Origin: an uncultured Clostridia bacterium
GTDB lineage: Bacteria > Bacillota > Clostridia > Oscillospirales > Oscillospiraceae
Reading direction: 5' to 3'
Assembly (NCBI GenBank): GCA_945948185.1
Contig: CAMFAL010000001.1
Span: 95 to 64,094, forward strand
DNA: 64,000 nt
This document shows positions 57,155-64,000 of the stretch, piece by piece; within the stretch, counting starts at the first letter, position 1; each line of letters begins with the position of its first letter. Under the pieces are notes generated by a model. That model did no database searches and was not told where the DNA came from. It saw only the letters and a program-made list of their open reading frames with translations. Made by a program: the position numbers and the translations under genes.

Positions 57155-57595
57155 AGTTCCCTCCTATTCTATATTTTAATAAATTGTGGAATCATATATT
57201 TTCCTCAGTTATTCTTTTACCAGAAAAATCATCACACAGCAATATCCTCTGCAAGTTTTTTTCACGCAGGAGGCAGCCGACACAGGCATGGTATGCAGCC
57301 TGCAGCTCTGAATGTCACCTCCTGTTACAAAGATACCATACATTCAATCGAAAAAACAGAGTAAAAATTTCATTGTAAAAAAAGAGGGTGCCTCAATTTG
57401 TGAAGATCCAGGCGCTCTCCTGATTGCAAAACAAAAAAATCCCGTAACCATTGGCTTAACAGTGATAAGGAACTAAATCACTTATCAACTGTTAGCTGAC
57501 GGTTTTCGGGTGCATACGAAACTCCCGTCTGATTCCTAACAGGAATTAGGCGGGAGTTTTTCTTGTTAACAGAGTTTATATTGGAGGATAACATT

Positions 57596-57850
57596 ATGAA
57601 AACATTACTTTCCTGTGAATTTAACATGGATACCGGTTGCGTTGAACTAAGATATTCCGACGGCAGCATGGTTTCCATCAACTGCACCGCCGTTGAGGAT
57701 GAGGTGGCGAATAGTCGTTTCCAGCGGTCTGAACTGGACTGGCTCATGTACAACGATCCGCTGTCCTATGCAGAATTGATTTTGAATGGCGATCCGGAAG
57801 AATACCTGCGAACCGTAACGGAGGCTCCACAGTTAGATTTCGATTCATAA
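57596..57850 (+). CDS. DUF6061-like small acidic protein
   Basis: RBS GGAGG; DG....I.C..VE and RSELDWL.YNDP..YA.L.L pattern (family recalled from memory). Confidence 0.7.
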   Translation: MKTLLSCEFNMDTGCVELRYSDGSMVSINCTAVEDEVANSRFQRSELDWLMYNDPLSYAELILNGDPEEYLRTVTEAPQLDFDS

Positions 57851-57852
57851 GC

Positions 57853-57900
57853 AAAGCCGCCAGAGGCACATCCATGCGATGCTGCTTCTGGCGGCTTTTT
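57853..57900. terminator. Bidirectional terminator
   Basis: aaagccgccaga / tctggcggcttt between convergent genes. Confidence 0.7.
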
Positions 57901-58214
57901 TACATTTTGTCAATTAAAGCAAACACTACGGCTTGTTGCTCTTCACTCAATCTTGACCATCGTTCCAGGAGCTTCCTTTGTGAATCAGTCAGAGAAACCG
58001 GTGAATCTTCTTCTGCGAATAGCTGAGAAAGCGTGATGCCAAAAGCCATGCAGATTTTTTCCAACGACGGAATAGTGGGAACCATATTCTTGCGATACCA
58101 CGAGGAGATCGTAGATTGAGGCAAACCAGAGCGTTCTGCAAGCTGATACTCCGTCCAGCCCCGCTCCTCTCGATATGTGGTTATGGCAGAGAGAATATCT
58201 TTCACCTGCATCAC
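57900..58214 (-). CDS. XRE-family HTH regulator
   Basis: RGWTEYQLAERSGLPQSTISSW...P....LEKIC. Confidence 0.92.
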   Translation of the reverse strand: MMQVKDILSAITTYREERGWTEYQLAERSGLPQSTISSWYRKNMVPTIPSLEKICMAFGITLSQLFAEEDSPVSLTDSQRKLLERWSRLSEEQQAVVFALIDKM

Positions 58215-58322
58215 CCCTTTGCTTGTGTTCTTCGTAAATTATACTTTTGTTTGTCGTTGCTCTTTAATAATTTTAATCGTATAATTTTAACGATATACAC
58301 AAGCAAAAGGAGAATGATTTCA

Positions 58323-58787
58323 GTGAGCCAGAAAAGCTGTTTCTTTATTGGGCACAGAGAAACACCGGAAGAAATTTACCCAGTGCTATGCGCCGCTGTT
58401 GAGGAGCATATAGTCCGCTACGGCGTTACTGAATTTATTGTTGGCCGTTATGGATGTTTTGACGGTCTTGCGGCAAAAGCCGTAAAAACCGCAAAACAAA
58501 CCCATCCAGAAGTCGAACTGACATTATTGCTGCCGTACCATCCAGCAGAGCGCCCGATTCCTGTACCGGATGGATTTGACAGTACCTACTATCCTCCGGG
58601 GATGGAAAATGTCCCTCGTAAGGTTGCTATTGTCAGGGCAAATCGGTATATGGTCGATCATACTGATTTCCTCATTGCCTATGCGTGGCACCCTGCCAGC
58701 AATGCAAGAGATCTTCTCGAATATGCAAGAAAAAGAGAGGGCAAGGGATTAATCCATGTGACAGCCTTGCCCCATAACGATTTATAA
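58323..58787 (+). CDS. SLOG-superfamily (DUF1273/YspA-like) protein
   Basis: CFFIGHR, G.YG.FD and NRYMVD..D..IAY; start at GTG 58323 or ATG 58314. Confidence 0.7.
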   Translation: MSQKSCFFIGHRETPEEIYPVLCAAVEEHIVRYGVTEFIVGRYGCFDGLAAKAVKTAKQTHPEVELTLLLPYHPAERPIPVPDGFDSTYYPPGMENVPRKVAIVRANRYMVDHTDFLIAYAWHPASNARDLLEYARKREGKGLIHVTALPHNDL

Positions 58788-58790
58788 GAA

Positions 58791-58850
58791 AAAGTCATTA
58801 CTTTAATATAGTTTTTTATCTTGCGAAAAGTAATGACTTTGTGCTAAAAT
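58791..58850 (+). promoter_or_regulatory. Promoter with two palindromic operators upstream of the phd-like gene and hsdMSR
   Basis: AAAGTCATTACTTT (58791-58804) and its exact complement (58827-58840); TTGCGA-18 bp-TAAAAT with extended TG. Confidence 0.7.
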
Positions 58851-58885
58851 TGAATCGACATATTTTGCCGAAAAGAGGTGGTTTT

Positions 58886-59089
58886 GTGGCGAAAAAGAGG
58901 TCCGCTTCTACCGTGACGCCGGATTATGAAGCGATTACATCATTTCAAAAGGGCCAGGCTTCACGCATTTTCAAGGAAGTGAACGAGCAGGACAAGGTTT
59001 TAATTGTCAGCAAGCAAAACAAGCCGCAGAACGTCGTTATCTCATACGAACGGTATAAGAGACTCAGGGAAGAGGGAGCAGATATATGA
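58886..59089 (+). CDS. Orphan Phd/YefM-type DNA-binding protein
   Basis: ITSFQKGQASRIFKEV..VLIVSKQNKPQNVVISYERY pattern; GTG start after GAGGTGG; ATGA overlap with hsdM. Confidence 0.75.
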   Translation: MAKKRSASTVTPDYEAITSFQKGQASRIFKEVNEQDKVLIVSKQNKPQNVVISYERYKRLREEGADI

Positions 59090-60801
59090 ACATCAATGAA
59101 CAGGCCAATTTTATATGGAGCATAGCCGATTTGCTGCGTGGCGATTTCAAACAGAGCGAATACGGCAAGGTGATTCTGCCCTTTACTGTGCTGCGTCGCT
59201 TTGACTGTGTGCTGGCACCTTCCAAGGCAAAAATTTTGGAGGCCAATAAGACTTTGACGGTCAGCAACAAGCGCCCTATTTTTAAGCGCATGACTGGCCA
59301 TGATTACTATAATGTCAGCCAGTTCGATTTCGAAAAACTGATGGATGACAGCAACGCTATCGAAGCTAATCTGCGGGATTACATCAATGGCTTTTCCGAA
59401 GATGTCCGTGAAATCATGGATAACTTTGAAATTTTCGGGGTAATCGATCGTCTATCAAGGGCGAATCTGCTTTATCTGGTCGTACAGCGTTTTGCGGAGA
59501 TTGATATGAGCGATACCCAGATTGACAATCTGGAAATGGGGTATATGTTCGAGGAATTGATCCGGCGATTTTCTGAGCAGTCCAACGAAACCGCTGGTGA
59601 GCACTTCACGCCCCGTGAGGTAATCGAACTAATGGTAGAAGTACTGCTCGATCCCGATATGGACGAAATTGCAAATACTGATGGAAAGGTCATTACCATT
59701 CTGGACCCGGCCTGCGGCACGGGTGGAATGCTGTCCGTTGCCCAGAACAAAATGGAGTCTCTGAACAGTACGACCCAGGTAATCCCCTTTGGGCAGGAAT
59801 TAAACCCCGAAACATACGCAACGTGCCGTTCCGATATGATTTTGAAAGGTAATACCAACAGCCGTATCGTTTTGGGAAACAGCTTCAATGAGGACGGATT
59901 TAAGTCCCAGACATTTGACTATATGCTGAGCAACCCTCCTTTTGGTGTGGAATGGAAAAAGGTAGAAAAATTCATCAAAGACGAAGCGGCTTCTCAGGGG
60001 TATCGTGGCAGATTTGGCGCTGGTTTGCCCCGTATCTCCGATGGCTCGTTCCTGTTTCTCCAGCATCTGATTTCCAAAATGAACCCGCCGGAAAAAGGCG
60101 GAAGCCGCATCGGTATTGTCTTCAACGGTTCGCCCATGTTCTCCGGCGATGCCGGAAGCGGAGAAAGTGAAATCCGCCGCTGGATTATTGAAAACGATCT
60201 GCTGGAGGCTATTATTGGCCTTCCGGATCAGCTGTTCTACAACACCGGAATTACCACTTATATCTGGATTTTGACCAACCGCAAAGAGAGCCGTAGAAAA
60301 GGCAAAGTGCGTCTGATCAACGGAGCCGGTTTTTATGAAAAGATGCGCAAGGGTCTCGGCAACAAGCGCAACATGATTAGCCCGGAAAATCGTGCGGAAC
60401 TGGTGCGCCTGTACAGCACCTACGAACCGGATGAGAACTATATGGATCTGGATAATGAAGATTTCGGATACCGAAAAATTGTTATAGAACGTCCCTTGCT
60501 TAACGAAGATGGCACACCGGTAATCGACCGCAAAGGAAATAGAAAAGCAGATGCCTCCCTTCGTGACTACGAAATGGTGCCGTTGAAGGAAGACATCCAC
60601 GAATATTTCCGTCGTGAGGTTCTGCCGTTTGTGCCGGATGCCTGGATTGACGAGAGCAAGACCAAAATCGGCTATGAGATTCCGTTTACCCGCTATTTCT
60701 ACAAGTTCACTCCGCTGCGTGACAGTTCTGTGATTATGGAAGAAATTAAGGCTTTGGAGGAACGCATCCAAGCAAACCTAACGGGGGTGTTTGCCGAATG
60801 A
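59086..60801 (+). CDS. hsdM: Type I R-M methyltransferase subunit
   Basis: IWSIADLLRG, GEHFTPREV, DPACGTGG and NPPF. Confidence 0.97.
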   Translation: MNINEQANFIWSIADLLRGDFKQSEYGKVILPFTVLRRFDCVLAPSKAKILEANKTLTVSNKRPIFKRMTGHDYYNVSQFDFEKLMDDSNAIEANLRDYINGFSEDVREIMDNFEIFGVIDRLSRANLLYLVVQRFAEIDMSDTQIDNLEMGYMFEELIRRFSEQSNETAGEHFTPREVIELMVEVLLDPDMDEIANTDGKVITILDPACGTGGMLSVAQNKMESLNSTTQVIPFGQELNPETYATCRSDMILKGNTNSRIVLGNSFNEDGFKSQTFDYMLSNPPFGVEWKKVEKFIKDEAASQGYRGRFGAGLPRISDGSFLFLQHLISKMNPPEKGGSRIGIVFNGSPMFSGDAGSGESEIRRWIIENDLLEAIIGLPDQLFYNTGITTYIWILTNRKESRRKGKVRLINGAGFYEKMRKGLGNKRNMISPENRAELVRLYSTYEPDENYMDLDNEDFGYRKIVIERPLLNEDGTPVIDRKGNRKADASLRDYEMVPLKEDIHEYFRREVLPFVPDAWIDESKTKIGYEIPFTRYFYKFTPLRDSSVIMEEIKALEERIQANLTGVFAE

Positions 60802-62108
60802 AGCCATATGAAAAATATAAAGAAAGCCGTATTCCCTGGGTCGATGAATTGCCAGTTGCATGGGAAGAATTTCGTCTGCGCTATTTAGGAGCTTTGGACG
60901 CTGGTGGAGTGGATAAAAAAATTAACGAGGGCGAATCTTTATATAAGTCAGTCCACTACATGGATGTCTATAGAGGATCTCTGCGTAACATTTTTGATAG
61001 TCCTAATTACTTAATTGTATCAGCTACTCCGCAGAAGCGTGACAAATGCATTTTAAGAAAGGGAGATGTTTTATTTACCACATCTTCTGAAACACCAAAT
61101 GACATTGGACATTCGTGTGTTATTGGCGAGGATCTAAATGATACATTATTTGGCTATCACTTACTACGATTGAGGGTAACCGACAAAATTGATTTTCAAT
61201 TCAGAAAATATCTCTTTGGAGCGAATTACTTACGCACCTGGTTTTCATACAGAGCCGTTGGAATGACCCGGTATGGAATATCTAATATTGATTTTGCCGA
61301 TGCTCGCATTATGATTCCGCCAATTGATGAACAGAAAAAGATTTCTAACTATTTGGATCAAAAAGTGTCCCAAATAGATGACCTAATCCAAAACAAGCAA
61401 GAACTTATTGATTTGCTAAAGGAACAACGAATTTCTGTAATATGCTCTGCTGTTACCAAAGGAATCGACTCTACTGCCGAAATGAAAGACAGCGGCAACG
61501 AGTGGCTTGGATATATCCCCTCTCATTGGAGAGTTGTACCTGCGAAAGCATTGTTTGCACAGAGCAAAGAAACCCGCCATGAAACGGATGTTCAGCTGAC
61601 CGCCAGCCAAAAGTACGGCATTATCTCCCAAGAAGATTACATGGAGCGGCAGAACTACAAAATTGTTTTGGCCGATAAAGGACTGGAAAACTGGAAGCAC
61701 GTCGAACCCAACGATTTTATAATCAGTCTGCGCAGCTTTCAAGGGGGGTTGGAGATCAGCTATATTCCAGGGTGCATCACATGGCATTACATCGTTCTGA
61801 AGCCTAAGGCGGGTGTAGAACCGGAGTATTTCAAATGGCTGTTTAAGTCTCCCCGATATATTCAGGCATTGCAGCGCACGGCAAACTTTATCCGTGATGG
61901 TCAAGATTTGAGATTTTCAAACTTTGTGCAGGTTCCTCTCCCCTTGATTCCAATGGATGAGCAAAAAGAGATTGCCGAATATTTGAATAAGGAAACCGCA
62001 CGAATTGACAGTATCATTGCGGATATTACAGAACAGATCGAAAAACTAAAGGAATACCGCCAAAGCGTCATTTCTGAGGTGGTAACCGGAAAGGTGGCAG
62101 TAGAATGA
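60798..62108 (+). CDS. hsdS: Type I R-M specificity subunit
   Basis: Two TRDs with PPIDEQ / PMDEQ conserved helices; MKDSGNEWLG.IP.HW and terminal VTGK. Confidence 0.95.
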   Translation: MKPYEKYKESRIPWVDELPVAWEEFRLRYLGALDAGGVDKKINEGESLYKSVHYMDVYRGSLRNIFDSPNYLIVSATPQKRDKCILRKGDVLFTTSSETPNDIGHSCVIGEDLNDTLFGYHLLRLRVTDKIDFQFRKYLFGANYLRTWFSYRAVGMTRYGISNIDFADARIMIPPIDEQKKISNYLDQKVSQIDDLIQNKQELIDLLKEQRISVICSAVTKGIDSTAEMKDSGNEWLGYIPSHWRVVPAKALFAQSKETRHETDVQLTASQKYGIISQEDYMERQNYKIVLADKGLENWKHVEPNDFIISLRSFQGGLEISYIPGCITWHYIVLKPKAGVEPEYFKWLFKSPRYIQALQRTANFIRDGQDLRFSNFVQVPLPLIPMDEQKEIAEYLNKETARIDSIIADITEQIEKLKEYRQSVISEVVTGKVAVE

Positions 62109-62485
62109 ACTATCAAGAATTGTCACCGCAAGGCGAAACTTTGCTGAAAGAAATTATCGACCTCCAAGCCAGCGGTCAGGACAATGCGGCTTATTGGAGT
62201 AAGCGGTTTGATGGATTATCCATGCAGCAGGATACCCTGCTCCGGGATACGTTTCGAGAGCTGAGAGAATGTGGTTATGTCCACATACAGTGGGCTGACA
62301 ACATTCCGTACTATCTGGCTCTCACAGTGGATGGCCAAAATTATTTCACTAACAAAAAGGACGCAAAAAAAGCCGAGAGAAAACTCTCCCGGCGGGAATG
62401 GCGGATTGCTGTCATATCGGCCATCATTGGCGGTATGGTGGGGCTAATCCCTTGGATTTGTACTTTGATAGGAGGTGGTCAATAA
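62105..62485 (+). CDS. Small hypothetical protein with a C-terminal TM helix, between hsdS and hsdR
   Basis: 126 aa; overlaps the hsdS stop (ATGA) and the hsdR start (TAATG); hydrophobic C-terminus. Confidence 0.85.
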   Translation: MNYQELSPQGETLLKEIIDLQASGQDNAAYWSKRFDGLSMQQDTLLRDTFRELRECGYVHIQWADNIPYYLALTVDGQNYFTNKKDAKKAERKLSRREWRIAVISAIIGGMVGLIPWICTLIGGGQ

Positions 62486-64000
62486 TGGCAATCGAAACCA
62501 AAGAAATTACATTTGAACAAGAGATTGAATACAGCCTGCTTGACCACGGCGGATATATCAAGGGAAATCCCCGTGACTATAATCGTGAATTTGCCATAGA
62601 CACCAAGCAGCTCTTTCGGTTTCTTCAAGACAGCCAGCCCGTAGAATGGGAAAAGCTGTGCAGAAAACACGGAGAGAATGTGGAAACGGGTTTTCTGAAG
62701 AAGCTGTATCGTGATCTTGATACATACGGAACATTATATGTGCTGCGGCATGGCGTTGTAGATGCTCCCGCTAAACTATCCCTGTGCTATTTCAAGCCTG
62801 CCAGCGGCATGAACCAAACCAGTCAGGCACTTTATGAGAAGAACATTCTCTCCATCACCCGTCAGGTGCATTATAGCCTGAAAAATGAGAACTCCATAGA
62901 TGTTGTGCTGTTCATCAATGGATTGCCTGTTGCGACGGTGGAACTGAAAAATCCGATCACCGGTCAGACTGTCGAAAATGCAAAGCGTCAGTACATGAAA
63001 GACCGTGATCCCAGAGAACTTCTGCTTTCGTTCAAAGCCCGATGCCTGGTTCACTTTGCCGTGGACACCGAAGAAGTGTGGATGACCACAAAGCTTAATG
63101 GCATCAATACCTATTTTTTGCCGTTCAATAAGGGAAACAACGGCGGCAAGGGAAACCCTGTTGGGAACAGCACCTACCGGACTTCGTATCTGTGGGAAGA
63201 AGTCCTGCAAAAAGACAGCCTGCTGGACATTGTACAGCGATTTATCCATTTGCAGGAAGATAAAAAGAATCCTAAAAAGTCTGTTATGATCTTCCCACGT
63301 TACCACCAGCTGGATGTGGTCCGCAAGCTCGTTGCCGATGTTTACACAAACGGAACCGGACACAATTATCTGATTCAGCACAGTGCAGGAAGCGGAAAAT
63401 CCAACTCTATTTCTTGGCTGGCACATCACCTGTCTAACCTGCACGATAAAAATGACAAGGTTGTATTCAACAGCATCATTGTGATTACAGATCGCCTCGT
63501 ATTGGACAAACAGCTTCAGGATACCATCTACCAGTTTGAGCACGTGGAAGGCGTTGTGACTAAAATCGACAACAACGCCGCACAGCTGGCAGATGCTTTG
63601 AACACCGGCAAGAAAATCATTATTACCACACTTCAGAAGTTCCCGTTTATCCTTGAAAAGGTAGATGATTTAAGCGGCAAGCGGTTTGCGGTCATTGTGG
63701 ATGAGGCCCATTCTTCCCAGACCGGAGAAGCCAGCAAAAAAATGAAGGCGATCCTGGGAAACGCCGAGGGGCTAACGGAAGAAGAACAGCTCCAAAAGGT
63801 TGCAGATGAGGAGGCAAAGGAAGAGCGTAAGCAATCCGACAGCGAGGATGAAATTGCAAAAGAAATGGCTACACATGGTCGGTTGCCTAATCTGTCCTTC
63901 TTTGCCTTTACCGCAACACCCAAGGCGAAAACGCTGGAGATGTTTGGAACCCCGGATGCAAGCGGTATTCCCCATGCTTTTCATATTTACTCGATGAAGC
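62485..64000 (+). CDS. hsdR: Type I R-M restriction subunit (runs off the window)
   Basis: Own translation: MAIETKEITFEQEIE..., D.VLFINGLP...ELK nuclease motif, QHSAGSGKS, DEAH and FTATP; RBS GGAGG. Confidence 0.95.
   Translation, partial: MAIETKEITFEQEIEYSLLDHGGYIKGNPRDYNREFAIDTKQLFRFLQDSQPVEWEKLCRKHGENVETGFLKKLYRDLDTYGTLYVLRHGVVDAPAKLSLCYFKPASGMNQTSQALYEKNILSITRQVHYSLKNENSIDVVLFINGLPVATVELKNPITGQTVENAKRQYMKDRDPRELLLSFKARCLVHFAVDTEEVWMTTKLNGINTYFLPFNKGNNGGKGNPVGNSTYRTSYLWEEVLQKDSLLDIVQRFIHLQEDKKNPKKSVMIFPRYHQLDVVRKLVADVYTNGTGHNYLIQHSAGSGKSNSISWLAHHLSNLHDKNDKVVFNSIIVITDRLVLDKQLQDTIYQFEHVEGVVTKIDNNAAQLADALNTGKKIIITTLQKFPFILEKVDDLSGKRFAVIVDEAHSSQTGEASKKMKAILGNAEGLTEEEQLQKVADEEAKEERKQSDSEDEIAKEMATHGRLPNLSFFAFTATPKAKTLEMFGTPDASGIPHAFHIYSMK

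Larger units (their letters stand above)
57441..64000. mobile_element. Lower-GC defence island (continues beyond the window)
   Basis: Visible drop in GC and GC3, boundary hairpins, R-M and accessory genes; no recombinase inside the window. Confidence 0.65.

Overview
Mostly GC-rich core chromosome of an anaerobic Firmicute (Oscillospiraceae-like gene content; this is an inference), with a lower-GC accessory region at each end. Left end (1-~2620): a run of abutting palindromes, a tyrosine-integrase relic cut by a truncated IS21, and integrase arm-like repeats next to the 3' end of cysK. Core, in order: cysK, an Rrf2 regulator and O-acetylhomoserine sulfhydrylase; two complete tandem 2-oxoacid/acetoin dehydrogenase operons with a TRAP transporter and two GntR regulators; glycerate kinase; a GuaA with a vestigial glutaminase domain; Moco biosynthesis and ModABC genes; a TetR-TolC-like-MFP-RND efflux operon; a his operon with a HisZ-HisG fusion; patatin, Na/Pi symporter and rubrerythrin; a Na+-pumping oxaloacetate decarboxylase-type operon. 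Right end (~57440-64000): a defence island carrying a type I R-M system. Best leads: (1) unannotated Cys/Met-containing leader peptides in front of cysK and the sulfhydrylase, the latter with a clear terminator/antiterminator, layered on a shared 27-bp operator; (2) the twin dehydrogenase/TRAP catabolic locus of unknown substrate; (3) an orphan Phd-type protein with its own operator heading hsdMSR, plus a small membrane protein wedged between hsdS and hsdR; (4) the palindrome array at the start of the window. All calls come from reading the sequence by eye; no database searches were run.
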